A stretch of 64,000 nt of DNA from Acidobacteriota bacterium. GTDB lineage: Bacteria > Acidobacteriota > UBA890 > WLXD01. A program made the position numbers and the translations under genes. The stretch lies in assembly GCA_963666215.2 (NCBI GenBank), contig CAXWPL010000003.1, forward strand, positions 256,001 to 320,000, in the 5' to 3' direction. Below are positions 52,336 through 63,098 of this stretch, piece after piece (position 1 is the stretch's first letter; every line of letters starts with the position of its first letter). The notes under the pieces are model-generated. The model did no database searches. It was not told the DNA's origin and saw nothing but the letters and a program-made list of their open reading frames with translations.

Positions 52336-52940
52336 GAGGGCTAGCGGAACAGGGGCAACGGTCCTCCATGAGAACGGCGGGTGAGGATCTGTGGGACCGT
52401 TCTGGATCAGACTTCCCTTCGTGGGGACTACTCGTCGACGCCTGGCCGGATCCGGCCAGCCCGATCCCGGCGCCTCCTCTTAGGTCAGGTCGAGGAGAGC
52501 CACGTGCCGAGAGTCCCGCTGCTGCTGTCGCCGAACGCGCTGTTTTCGCCTGTCGCCCACGTGGCGCGATGAGCCGCGTTCATGAACCGGTACCGCCGCG
52601 CTGGCATGACAGCATGCGACTACGCCGCTCGTGTCTCTTTCGATGGCAATCGGAACGAGCTCTTACGAACGCCGAGGCGTGCTCGTGTGCGCGCGACCTG
52701 ATCTCTTCGCACGGAGTAGGTGAGTGGGACTACGTGGTCGTGCAGCTTGATTCCGGCGCCTGCGACTGGGAGTTCCGATTCAAGCCACACCGGGCCCGGC
52801 GCGCTCCCACGCGAATCGACGTCTGGCGCAGCTGATCAACGGCCCGCAGCCGCGGCGCTTTGCTCGATGGCTCGGCCGCCCGAAGGCCGATGTGCGAGAG
52901 GGCCGTGGAGCCTGGCCGGGTCCGAGTATGTTCATCTACT

Positions 52941-52978
52941 GTGGCGGGCGCCCCCTGATGTGGCAGGCGCCCCCTGAG
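52941..52978. repeat. 19-nt imperfect direct tandem repeat
   Basis: GTGGCGGGCGCCCCCTGAT / GTGGCAGGCGCCCCCTGAG. Confidence 0.7.
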
Positions 52979-52994
52979 GTCGGCGGTGGATGTT

Positions 52995-53600
52995 TCAGCA
53001 GCCTTCCATCAGATTGCCAAGGTCTTCCGGCACAAACCGGCCGATGATCTCCGCCAGCACCGAATCGCGCTCCAACAATTCCGCGCGGGTACCCGACGGC
53101 GGCCCCGAGTCGCCGAGCTCGACGTCGACCCATGGGCCCGGTAGCGACTCGTTGAGGTCGAACCAGGCGTTGATGCTGTGCGTGAGGTACTCATCGTCGC
53201 CGAATGAATCGTAGGGGCCGATGCCCAGAGACTCGGTGCGCGGGGCGTCGAACTCGCCGCGCTGGCGGCGGTGTAGGCGGAGTAGATCTCGTCCTCGACG
53301 CCCGGATCGGTCGTCGGCCAGCCGAGGTTCTGCATGTTGTGGACGAACTCGTGCAGCAGGAAGTTGGCGCGATAATCGGTGTTGCCGGGGTAGCAGACGC
53401 CGCGGATCGAGACGAGGGTGGTCGGAGCGCCGGGCATCTGGCCGAGACCCCATTGGCCATCGGCGCCAGGCCCCAAGACAGCAAGAGCACGCCAACTCGG
53501 CAAATCATCTGTGCGACTCCAATTCGGACACGTCTGCGTGGAGACCAGCACCCATCATCGAGCAGAGTCGACCCATATTCGCTTTCTCCGGTCGCAAGGT
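52995..53600 (-). pseudogene. Frameshifted zincin metallopeptidase remnant (ATLF/PPEP-like)
   Basis: One frame has LLHEFVHN; another has EYLT....WF and TRAELLERD..L..II; 5' limit uncertain. Confidence 0.5.
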
Positions 53601-53797
53601 TCGTCCTCTGGCTATTTCTTCGCCGTCCGACCGACGGTACAGTCGCCGAGTGGCCGTCGACCCCGCTCGACACGGCCACTATACCGATCGGCCTGATCCG
53701 CTCAACCAGAGAACACCACCTCGGGCGGAGATCGCTCGCAGAGGTCATTCGGGGCAAGCCGGCACCCAAGGCACCACCGCGAGGACCGCAGATCGAG

Positions 53798-55399
53798 ATG
53801 AGAACATCGAAGATGGTCGCGCTCGGGTCGAGCGTCGTGGCACTCGCCGCCGCGATCGCTGCGGGCGCACCGCCGAGCGGCGCGGCTGGCGACTGGACTC
53901 CCGCAAGGGAACAGAACCTGCGCCCGAACCAAGGCGTGGTGGCCGCTACGAACGGAGCGATGCGTTTTGTCGACGTCACCTCGGCGGCGGGTCTCTCCTA
54001 TCGGCACGGCTACTCCGGCCAGTTGGAGACCGCGGAGGAAATCTTCAACGGGATGGCTGCCGGCGACTACGACGGTGACGGCTGGGTTGATTTGTTATGG
54101 CTGCGCGGCGAGGCGGGTGCACCGATGCTCTTCCGCAACCGGCGAAACGGGACGTTCGCCGACGCCTCGAAGCTGGTGGGCTCACTCGCTGGTATGACCG
54201 GCGCGGCGGGACCGGGCATGGCCGATTTCACCGGCGACGGCCTGCTCGACCTGCTAGTCGCTGGACTGCGGCCCGAGCCGTTCGCGGCGTTCCAGGGCAC
54301 GCGCGGCGGCGGTTTTATGGACGTGACCACGCACGCGGGTCTCACCTCCAGCAAGAATACGTTTTCTTCCGCATTCGGAGACTACGACCGCGACGGCGAT
54401 CTCGACCTCGCGTTGGCACACTGGGACTCCGAGTGTCGAACCGGCTGCGACGGCGATCACCTGTGGACCAACGACGGCACCGGCAGCTTCCGCAACCTGC
54501 CGCGGGGCGTTCGCGGCTACGACTTCGACTTCACCTTCACGCCCAACTTCGCCGACATCAACAGTGCCGGGTGGCCCGACCTGCTGATGGCGTCCGACTT
54601 TGGTCTGAGCCGCGTGTTCCTCAACGAAGGCGGCCGCTTCCGCGACGTCACCGACCGCGAGGGCATTACCGACCGCAACGGTATGGGCGCGAGCGTTGGC
54701 GACTACGACAACGACGGTGATCTCGACTGGTTCGTCACCGCGATCGCGGGACAGGGCATCGACGGCAACCGCCTCTATCGCAACCGAGGCGACGGTGTGT
54801 TCGACGATGTCACCGACCATGCACGAGTGCGCGACGGCGGCTGGGGTTGGGGGGCGTGCTTTGCCGACTTCAACAACGACGGCCACCTCGACATCTTCCA
54901 CGTCAACGGCTGGCGCGAGCGCCACGACGCGTCGCGGCTGTTCATGGGTCAGGGCGACGGGCGCTTCCGCGAGCGCGCCAAGCGCTTCGGCGTCGCCGAC
55001 CGGCGATCCGGTCGCGGCGTCATCTGCTTCGACTACGACCGCGACGGCGACATCGACCTGTTCGTCGGCAACCACGGCGCTCGCCCAACGCTATACCGCA
55101 ACGATGGCGGCAACGCCGCCGGCTTCCTCAACGTTCGGCTGGTGAGCCCCGGACCGAACGTCTTCGGCGTTGGCGCCCGCATCTATGTGGTTACCGATGC
55201 CCGCACCCAGATGCGCGAGCTGCGCGCCGGCAGCAACTTCGCCTCACAAGACCCCACCGAGGCTCATTTCGGCCTCGGCGACGAACCTCGAGTCCGCGAG
55301 CTCCGCGTCGTATGGCCCGACGGCTCCACTCAGATTCGCCGCGGCGTGCCCGCCAACCGTATGGTCACGATGCGTCGTCGGGCCAACCCGGCTCAGTAG
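53798..55399 (+). CDS. CRTAC1/ASPIC-UnbV family FG-GAP repeat protein
   Basis: Signal peptide, multiple DYDxDGxxDL repeats, C-terminal GVGARI...HFGLG...WPDG. Confidence 0.9.
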   Translation: MRTSKMVALGSSVVALAAAIAAGAPPSGAAGDWTPAREQNLRPNQGVVAATNGAMRFVDVTSAAGLSYRHGYSGQLETAEEIFNGMAAGDYDGDGWVDLLWLRGEAGAPMLFRNRRNGTFADASKLVGSLAGMTGAAGPGMADFTGDGLLDLLVAGLRPEPFAAFQGTRGGGFMDVTTHAGLTSSKNTFSSAFGDYDRDGDLDLALAHWDSECRTGCDGDHLWTNDGTGSFRNLPRGVRGYDFDFTFTPNFADINSAGWPDLLMASDFGLSRVFLNEGGRFRDVTDREGITDRNGMGASVGDYDNDGDLDWFVTAIAGQGIDGNRLYRNRGDGVFDDVTDHARVRDGGWGWGACFADFNNDGHLDIFHVNGWRERHDASRLFMGQGDGRFRERAKRFGVADRRSGRGVICFDYDRDGDIDLFVGNHGARPTLYRNDGGNAAGFLNVRLVSPGPNVFGVGARIYVVTDARTQMRELRAGSNFASQDPTEAHFGLGDEPRVRELRVVWPDGSTQIRRGVPANRMVTMRRRANPAQ

Positions 55400-55401
55400 C
55401 C

Positions 55402-56595
55402 CTACTCGGCCGGCTCCAGCCGATAGATGGGAGTGAGATCCTCCCCTTCTTCGCCATCGATGGCTACGTAGATGTAGCCGTCCGGCCCCTGCCGGATGTC
55501 GCGGACGCGACCCATCCGCTGCACCAGGGTCTCCGCGTTCATGATCTCGCTGCCTTCCTCGCCCAGGGTGAGGCGAGTCACTGACTCGCCCGAGAGCCCG
55601 CCGTTGAAGAGGCTGCCGCGCCAGTCGGGAAACTTGTCGCCGGTGTAGAGCATCATCCCCGACACGCCTACCGACGGCACCCAGACATACAGCGGTTCTT
55701 CCATGCCCGTGCGACGCGTCCCACCGTGGATCGCCGAGCCGCTACCGTAGTCCACGCCGAAGCCGATCACAGGCCAGCCGTAGTTCGACCCAGGCTGCGA
55801 GATGTTGACCTCGTCGCCGCCCTCCGGTCCGTGCTCGTTGGCCCAAATGTCGCCGGTCTCCGGGTGGATGACGAGGCCCTGGGGATTGCGATGGCCGTAG
55901 CTCCAGATCTCCGGGCGCGCTCCCTCCTGACCCACGAACGGGTTATCGGCAGGCACACGGCCGTCGTCGTGAAGTCGGTTGATCGTGCCGTGGTTGTTCG
56001 ACACGTCTTGGGCCGGGTGAGCCTCCAAGTCGCCGCGCGGCGGCACCTGACGATCGCCAACCGAGAAGAACATGTACCCGTTGCCGTCGAAGGCAATACG
56101 AGAGCCGTAGTGCCCCCGACCGCGGGTATCCGCCTCGAAGAGCTCTTCGACTCCCGTGAGCTCATCATTCTCGAAACGCCCGCGGATAATCGCCGTGGTT
56201 GACCCTTCGTCGCCAGGCAGAGGCTTTGAATAGCTCAGATAGAGCAGACGATTCGACTCGAAATCGGGGTGCGGGACGACGTCGAGCAATCCTCCCTGCC
56301 CTCGATAGAAAACCTCAGGCACTCCGGGCACCGAGGCCTCGAGTAAGCTGCCGGCGCGCACGATGCGGAGGCGCCCGGGCTGCTCGGTGAGCAGCATGTC
56401 GCCGTCAGGCAAGAAGGCGATCGACCACGGGTGTTCGAGACCGTCGGCCACGGTCACAACGCTATAGTCGTGATAGGCGGATCGCTGAACGGGCCGTGGA
56501 CCGGAAGTCTGGCCGGTCTCGGCCGGCAAACAGCCGCCGATGGCGAGCGCAACTAACGCCGTGATGAGTGTGAGTGCCGGGCGAATGCGTATCAT
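55402..56595 (-). CDS. PQQ-dependent sugar dehydrogenase (GSDH/YliI-like) lipoprotein
   Basis: Lipobox IGGC, GLEHPW, GQGGLLD, YGHRNPQG, EHGP.GGDE, NYGWP, RVRD...GPDG. Confidence 0.92.
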   Translation of the reverse strand: MIRIRPALTLITALVALAIGGCLPAETGQTSGPRPVQRSAYHDYSVVTVADGLEHPWSIAFLPDGDMLLTEQPGRLRIVRAGSLLEASVPGVPEVFYRGQGGLLDVVPHPDFESNRLLYLSYSKPLPGDEGSTTAIIRGRFENDELTGVEELFEADTRGRGHYGSRIAFDGNGYMFFSVGDRQVPPRGDLEAHPAQDVSNNHGTINRLHDDGRVPADNPFVGQEGARPEIWSYGHRNPQGLVIHPETGDIWANEHGPEGGDEVNISQPGSNYGWPVIGFGVDYGSGSAIHGGTRRTGMEEPLYVWVPSVGVSGMMLYTGDKFPDWRGSLFNGGLSGESVTRLTLGEEGSEIMNAETLVQRMGRVRDIRQGPDGYIYVAIDGEEGEDLTPIYRLEPAE

Positions 56596-56928
56596 ATCGA
56601 TTTCCTCTGACCAGCAAGGCCGGTCCACAGCGGATACCGACCGATCGGCGCAAGCGTAACGAGATTCGTCCTTCCGAGAACCACCTGGAGCCACACTCAC
56701 GTCGGTGGTGCACGCCCTAGCCTACCTCTGTGGAGCGTGTGGTACCGTCCACGCACGCGTGGCGCGTCCCGCACTGGTATCCTCGCCGCCGAGGTCGGGA
56801 GGTTGAGTTGGCTCAGGTGATCCTCGACGCCCGAAGACGACGGAGAATGACCTCATGCAGAGATCCCGCCGCGCTCCCTTGAACGCCATCCAGGCAGCGG
56901 CCGCCAGCCCTGATCTGGACCGGCTGCC

Positions 56929-57673
56929 ATGAAGAGATCTTCGTCGTCGAGAGTTCTCCTCGGCACGCTGGCGATGTTGATCATCGGTGGTATTGGCACC
57001 AGCCTGTTGTGCCTATAAACTCACACGGCCGCGGCGCGCCTGGCCGTCCACGCCGACCTACATCGTCGACCAGAGCGGCCACGCCAACATCCTCGACAGC
57101 GACGGCGGCGTTTCTAGCGCTATCTTCGCGATCACCCGCAACGTGGCCTGGAACGGCGCTGGCACCGGCACCGTCGTCAACGCGGTAGCCGGCGATGTCG
57201 ACGACTGGCGACTCGGCGACGGCGTCCCGATGCTCAGCTTCGACGATCCTGATGGGGTCTGCACGGGCAACTGTCTGTCGGCGACCTTCACCAGCTACGT
57301 TAGCGGCGAAAAATCCCTTCACACCGCGGACGCCGACAGCATCATCAATCCGAACCTCCCTTGGACATCGAAGGCCGCGCCTGGTGGCTGCGATGGACGG
57401 TTCTTCATCGAGGGCGTGCTCGTGCAGGAGGTGGGCCACGGTCTCGGCCTCAACCACAGCAAACGTAGAAACGCCACGATGTTTGCGTCGGTCTCGAAGT
57501 GCAACAACCGCTCGGCAAGCACCCACGCGGACGACGAGGCGGGCATCCTCAACCTCTACGGCGGGCGCGACGGTGGCACCTGCGCGCTTCTCCCCAGGGG
57601 AGCGGCGTGTACGCAGAACAACCAGTGCTGCACCGGCCGCTGCCGTGGCGAGCACAACAAATCGTGCGGCTAG
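56929..57673 (+). CDS. Matrixin (M10-like) metalloprotease with C-terminal Cys-knot; +1 frameshift after signal peptide
   Basis: ATG 56929 gives MKRSSSSRVLLGTLAMLIIGG..., shifting near 57010 into the frame with QEVGHGLGLNHS, ATMF, DD.AG...LY. Confidence 0.72.
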
Positions 57674-57759
57674 GCGCTGGTGAGCTTGTGTCGGCCACGG
57701 TCGGGCGATTGCTCCCTCAGGGCGATCCTCGCCGCCCGCTGACGACGGAGGACCGAGTT

Positions 57760-58317
57760 ATGCGCCAGATCCGCGTGGCCCTGGTCACAGGTGCAGTCCT
57801 GGTAGCGATACCGGGAAACGCGTCGACCTTCGTCGCACTGCCGGAGACTGAGCTGGTAGGTGGCTCGGAATCGATTATCCAAGGCAGGGTCGTCGGTCAG
57901 ACGAGCTTCTGGAACGAGAGCGGGCGACTCATCGTGACCGAAGCGGTTGTCCGAGTGCGCGAAACAATCGTTGGCGAATCGCCGAAGCGCGTGACCGTGC
58001 GTACTGTCGGCGGGCGCGTGGGCGACTACACCGTGGAGGCACCAGGCTTTCCCCGCTTCGAGCCGCGCGAGCGGGTGATCCTGTTCCTCGAGGCCGGCCC
58101 GAGCGGTACACGCCAGGTCCGGGGCTACCAGCAGGGCCATTTCGAGGTGGTCGAGCGCCTCGACGGCGTGCGCCTGGCCGTGCCACGGATCGAGGAGGGT
58201 ACTCGGTTGGTGACGCGCTCGGGGCAGCTCCTGCCGCAGCCGCGAAGCATGCCCTTGAGCGAGTTCAAGCAGTCGATCCGTCGCATCGCCCGCGATACCG
58301 ACGCGCGCGAGCGCTAA
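57760..58317 (+). CDS. Secreted beta-rich protein (matrixin partner; OB/TIMP-like pattern)
   Basis: RBS GGAGGA, signal peptide ending GNA-STF, IIQGRV, TEAVVRV, GGRVG, PGFPRF...VILFL. Confidence 0.72.
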   Translation: MRQIRVALVTGAVLVAIPGNASTFVALPETELVGGSESIIQGRVVGQTSFWNESGRLIVTEAVVRVRETIVGESPKRVTVRTVGGRVGDYTVEAPGFPRFEPRERVILFLEAGPSGTRQVRGYQQGHFEVVERLDGVRLAVPRIEEGTRLVTRSGQLLPQPRSMPLSEFKQSIRRIARDTDARER

Positions 58318-58335
58318 CAGCGCCCGGCTCGGCGC

Positions 58336-59945
58336 CTACTGCTCCCAGGGACGCCCGTTGATCGCCGGGTGGTCGTTCCTCGGGATCTTCTCGTCGCGCA
58401 TCGCCGCGTGGTAAGCGAACGTCGCCAGGATGGCGGCGTTCCCCATCAGGTCCTCCGCGACGAGCCGGTCGTAGACGTCCATGTTCGAGTGCCACGTCTT
58501 GGTGAAGTACTCGAGGTCGTCCTGCAGGAACTTGAAGCCGGGCAGCCCGACCTCGTTGAAGGACACGCTGTCGGTTCCCCCTGTTTGCACCGGGATCGTG
58601 TGCGCCAGCCCGAGCTCGTGGAACGGCTTCATCCACTCGCTGAAGATCGCCGCCGCGGCGGCATTGCCCCCGGTGAAGATGCCGCGGAAACGACCGTACC
58701 AGTCGGTGTTGAAGTACACCGAGAAGTTCTCGTAGTCGGGCAGCCGCTCGCCGCTCTCGCGATCGGCGAAGTGGTTCTTGACGTAGCCACGGGAGCCCAG
58801 CAGACCGGCCTCTTCGGATCCCCAGAGCACGCCACGGATGGTGCGGCGCGGACGGGCATCGATAGCGTGCAGAATGCGCATCACCTCCATCACCACCGCG
58901 CTGCCGGCACCGTTGTCGGTAGCGCCGGTGCCCGCCGACTCGGCGTCGAAGTGGCCACCGATCATGACGATCTCGTGCGCCAGGTCGGAACCGGGAATCT
59001 CCGCGACAACGTTGTAGTCCTGCAGGTCGGTCTCGTCGTACCGCACCCGGACCTCGAGCTCGATCTCGACGTCGAGGCCCCTCTCGAGAACCCGGACAAC
59101 CCGGTTGTAGTGCTCAGGCGCCACGATCACGTGCGGCATCGGCTTGGACTCATCGGGAGCGAGCGGCTCGCCGCCCACCACGCGGACGGTGCCCTGGTCG
59201 ACTGCGCCGATCTCGGTCCCCAGGCCGGGAGAGGCCAGAGCTGCGGCGCCCGCTGCATCGAGCAGCTCGGCGATTCGCTCGGTTGGCAACGGCCTCGGGG
59301 AGGGATCGTCCTCGGCTCTGCGCGGCCGGTCGGGCTCGCGGCGTGGCATCCTCGCCGCATCTGAGCGAGGTCGAGCGAAGAAACGCGACCAGTCGTCGAG
59401 CTGGGCGCTCGTGAAGCGCTCGGCTGCAGGAAGAAAGTCGGGAACGAGCCGACGCTCGGGATCGATGAATACGACCCTCCCTTCACCTGGTCGAGGTAGG
59501 GAGAGAGGTCGGAGTCGGCGAAGATCTGCTGGCCATCAATGAAGACGGCCGTCGTCTCGATACGCCCCTCGGTAGCACGCGACCACGGCACTGGGTAGGC
59601 GATCATCGTCATGTACTGCGGCTCGAGCATGTGCATCGAGGTGTACTCGTTCTGCCACCCCACACCGGCGTTACCGTACGCCTCGATCGCCGTGGCGACG
59701 CCGAATCCTTCGAGCCTGTCCCGAGCCCACTCGATAGCTTCGTTGTAGGCGGGCGAGTTCGAGAACCGCGGTCCGTAGACGTCGGCGATGATGCCGGCCA
59801 TGTCCATCACCTGAGAGCGGCCGAAGGCCTCCTGCTTGATCCTGGCAACGACCTCGTAGTCGACCGGTTCCTGGACCGCGGCAAAGCTGCTGGCGGTCAA
59901 CGAGCAGGTACACAGCCAAACTAGCAGGCCTCGTGGATGACGCAT
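58336..59945 (-). CDS. Secreted M28 peptidase; -1 frameshift in a G run near 59480
   Basis: Signal peptide, DVYGPR..NS, then VKG|RVVFID joins the frame with GGHFD, GATDNGAGS, WGSEE, HSNMD. Confidence 0.85.
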
Positions 59946-60058
59946 CTGTCTCCTCGCTTGATGCCGATACGGCGGGTAGGACGAGCGCAAGGATACGCCG
60001 CCTGCCACCCGATTTGGCCAACCACGTCAGCGGCGGCCTATCGTCCAAGTCCGATTGG

Positions 60059-60075
60059 ACTTTACAATACAAAGT
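60059..60075. promoter_or_regulatory. Palindromic operator-like site ACTTT-N7-AAAGT
   Basis: AT-rich inverted repeat in the divergent gap, overlapping a TTTACA -35-like hexamer. Confidence 0.4.
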
Positions 60076-60128
60076 TCTCTTCGAGAGTATTGCGTGAATC
60101 TCGCACCCCCGACCCGAGGCTCCCCCCG

Positions 60129-61517
60129 ATGTCCACAACCCCTCCGGCGCCATCGAAGGCACGGATCGAAGCGCTGAAAGACGATCCGGTTGCCCTCGAG
60201 AGGCTCTACAGACAGGCACTGCGGAGCGACCACGAGGCCACGTTCCACCAGGCGATCTCGGAGTGCTTGGCAGACTCGCCAGCAAACCTTCTGCTCACCG
60301 CGTGGGCGTGCCGACTCGAATCGGATGCAGCACCCGATCCGCCCGGCGTGGTTGCATCGATCAGCGGCGCCGACGGCGACGTTCGTCGACACTGGATCGC
60401 CGCGCTACTCACCGCCGTCGGCTGCGGCGCGCTCTTCACCTTGCTCACGGGCAACGGTCCGCCGGTGCCAATTCCCGGAGAGGCGAGCTCGCTGTTCTGG
60501 ATCGGCTGGGGGCCGCTGACAGCGGTGGCGATCGTTGTGTTCGTCGCCGCCATCGCGCCCGAGCGCGAGCGACTGCAACGGTGCGGCGCCGCGGTTGCCG
60601 TAGCGGTTGGTGTCGGCCTTGCGTGCGCCCTCACGGTGTGGGGCACAACCGACCAGCCGGCGATCCTCGTGGCCGTGCATCTCCCCTTCGTTGCGTGGTC
60701 GATCGTCGGCGCCACGGTTGTGGTCATTGAGCTAGGCAAAGCTGACCGACCAGCGGCCAACCACTTCTACGCCTTCATCATGAAATCGATGGAGGCGATC
60801 GTCGCCGCGGGGATCTTCCTCGGCGCCGGCCTCGTCTTCAGCGGCCTCACCGTGGGGATCTTCGCTGCGCTGGGAGTGCAGCTGCCGGAGAACGTCCTCC
60901 GTCTGGCAGCGGCGTTCGGCATCGGCGTCATCCCTGTCGTCGCCGTCGCCAGCGTCTACGACCCGACTCTTCCGCCGACCCGGCAGAGCATGTCGACCGG
61001 CTTGACCCGCATCCTCAGGATCATGACGTGGCTGCTCATGCCGCTGGCGCTCGGCGTACTCAGCCTCTACGTGTTCTGGTTCATCCCCACCAACTTCTGG
61101 CGGCCGTTCCTCGAGCGCGATGTGCTGATCGTCTACAACGCCACGATCATTGCCATCCTGATGCTCTTGGCGGCCGCGGTCTCGGGCGCGTCCGATGACC
61201 AGCAGCCCACCGACGATCGAGTGCTTCGCCGAGCCACCTTGTCGCTCGTGAGTCTGACGATGCTGCTCAATCTTTATGCCCTCGCGGCGGTGGCATACCG
61301 CACGATCGAGGGCGGCCTGACGCCGAACCGCCACACCGTGCTGGGCTGGAACGCGGTGACGTTGCTGATGTTCGGCTACACGCTTGTGACTTCGTGGCGC
61401 GCTGAGCACGTCGAATGGTCAGGTGTGTTCCGGACGTCGCTGGCGCGAGCACTCGTGCTCGCCATCGTCTGGGCGCTGTGGGTCGTGTTGGGAATTCCGC
61501 TGCTCTCGACGAGCTAG
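60129..61517 (+). CDS. Polytopic membrane protein (DUF4153-like)
   Basis: DDP..LERLYR N-terminus, about 10 TM helices, PF.ERD.LI.YN, GLTPNR..V.G.N. Confidence 0.7.
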   Translation: MSTTPPAPSKARIEALKDDPVALERLYRQALRSDHEATFHQAISECLADSPANLLLTAWACRLESDAAPDPPGVVASISGADGDVRRHWIAALLTAVGCGALFTLLTGNGPPVPIPGEASSLFWIGWGPLTAVAIVVFVAAIAPERERLQRCGAAVAVAVGVGLACALTVWGTTDQPAILVAVHLPFVAWSIVGATVVVIELGKADRPAANHFYAFIMKSMEAIVAAGIFLGAGLVFSGLTVGIFAALGVQLPENVLRLAAAFGIGVIPVVAVASVYDPTLPPTRQSMSTGLTRILRIMTWLLMPLALGVLSLYVFWFIPTNFWRPFLERDVLIVYNATIIAILMLLAAAVSGASDDQQPTDDRVLRRATLSLVSLTMLLNLYALAAVAYRTIEGGLTPNRHTVLGWNAVTLLMFGYTLVTSWRAEHVEWSGVFRTSLARALVLAIVWALWVVLGIPLLSTS

Positions 61518-61538
61518 CGCGGTCGCCGGATCAGCGGG

Positions 61539-62930
61539 TCACCGGATCAACAGAATCCGCTCGTTGCGCGGATACAGCAGCTCGACGCCCTGCGCGGTGA
61601 CGATTGCGTTGTCCTCGAAATTGATTCGCAGGCGGCGATTGCCGTACGAGGGCATCGCCGTGTGGATGATGAACTCGAACGAGAAGATGTGGTTGGGCTG
61701 AATCGTCAGATGAGCGCGCCCCGTGCGGAACGGAGCGATCGACGCGCCGACCACCTTCTGGCTATTACCGGTGTTACCGACCACGTGGCAATCGATCGAG
61801 ATGCCGGTAACGTCGGGCTGGTCGAACTCATCGACGATACGGCGGTCGGCGGCCCCGTAGTTGGTGAACGGCGTGTACACGAACCCGGCCTCCTCGAGCG
61901 CCGCAACCATGGCCTCGAGCGTCTCGCCGGCAGTGCGCCCAGCCTTGATATTACGCCGCATGATCTCTCGGGCCCGTTGTCCCTCATCGAAGGCATGCTG
62001 GATGTCCGGGGGAATCGAGGTCTCACCTTCTCGGAGTAGGTAGGCGTTGCGCTTCATATCCGTCCCGAAGTTCAGATACTCCACACCCATGTCGAACGAC
62101 AGCAGATCACCCGGCTGGAAGGCGTACTGATCAGAGCGATACTCGTCGTTCTTAGCGGTATGAGAGAAGATCACGCCCGGCCTGCTGAGGCCGAACGACG
62201 AACGTAGGCCCCGCTCGAGCAGGCGGTCCTGTACCCACCAGGCGACATCTTCCCCAGTGGTGACGCGCGGGGTGATGACCTCGCGTGAGAGCGCGCGCTC
62301 GAGGATCCGGCGGGTCATCTCCCCGGCGTTCGCGAAGGCGGTGATCTCGCTCTGCACGCGTCGAACGCGGAAGTCGGTGATGAGGTTCTCGCTCGAGACG
62401 AGTCGTTGCGCGTACGTCTCCCCCAGCGTCTCGACCAGCAGCTGGTATCCGGTATGCGAAAGCCCATCGGCAGCGGCCAGCCACGACGACGTGTTGATGG
62501 CAATGCGCCGCGGGTCGCGCGCCTGCACGAACTCTCGCAGGTCGGTCGGATCCTGAGTCTCGTACCAGTAGTTCCAGTCGTCACCGCCGAAGATGTCGTA
62601 GGAGTCGCTGTTGCTCAACCAGCCTCCGAAGACCGCGCGCTCGATCCTGTCGCCGCCTCGATCGGTGAACACGAAGTAGCCGCCGTCGCCACCCAGGTCG
62701 ACCTCCAGCGAGTCGGGGTTGCCGTGACGGATGACGTGAATCCACATGTCGATGCCGTTGTCGCGCATCGCGCCCGGCAACACGATGTCGAACTTCTCGC
62801 GCCGAATCAGGTCCAGAAGCTCTGTCCGCGCCCGGGCCTCCTGGGCACCTACAGGTGCCGCCCAACCGCGGGACGCGGAGAGGACGGCGGCGAGGCAGCA
62901 TATTGTCAATAGAATCCTGAACCTGTGCAT
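61539..62930 (-). CDS. Secreted M24 family (Xaa-Pro-like) metallopeptidase
   Basis: Signal peptide; GDLLSFDMG, TDMKR.AY, CH.VG, FSFE, NFED metal ligands. Confidence 0.85.
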   Translation of the reverse strand: MHRFRILLTICCLAAVLSASRGWAAPVGAQEARARTELLDLIRREKFDIVLPGAMRDNGIDMWIHVIRHGNPDSLEVDLGGDGGYFVFTDRGGDRIERAVFGGWLSNSDSYDIFGGDDWNYWYETQDPTDLREFVQARDPRRIAINTSSWLAAADGLSHTGYQLLVETLGETYAQRLVSSENLITDFRVRRVQSEITAFANAGEMTRRILERALSREVITPRVTTGEDVAWWVQDRLLERGLRSSFGLSRPGVIFSHTAKNDEYRSDQYAFQPGDLLSFDMGVEYLNFGTDMKRNAYLLREGETSIPPDIQHAFDEGQRAREIMRRNIKAGRTAGETLEAMVAALEEAGFVYTPFTNYGAADRRIVDEFDQPDVTGISIDCHVVGNTGNSQKVVGASIAPFRTGRAHLTIQPNHIFSFEFIIHTAMPSYGNRRLRINFEDNAIVTAQGVELLYPRNERILLIR

Positions 62931-63098
62931 GCTTGTTGCTCCGTTGCTGAGAGGCGTTGGTTTCACTCCGATCGAGTGCTCGGCACCGAACGGGCTTCGT
63001 GCCGATCGGCATCGCAGGTTGCGACCTGGTGGTCGCGAGCCTGGCGCATTCACGCTCGGTTTTCTAGAGTCGTCGGCCATCAACGAGGAGATGACGCC

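Noticed and set aside
52569-52835. 88-aa plus-strand ORF
   Set aside because: No convincing RBS or recognisable family; cannot be supported.
52941-52978. 19-nt direct repeat as a possible CRISPR or att site
   Set aside because: Only two abutting copies, no spacer, and no cas or integrase gene nearby.
56700-56928. Intergenic region checked for riboswitches
   Set aside because: No recognisable aptamer consensus; only generic GC-rich stems.
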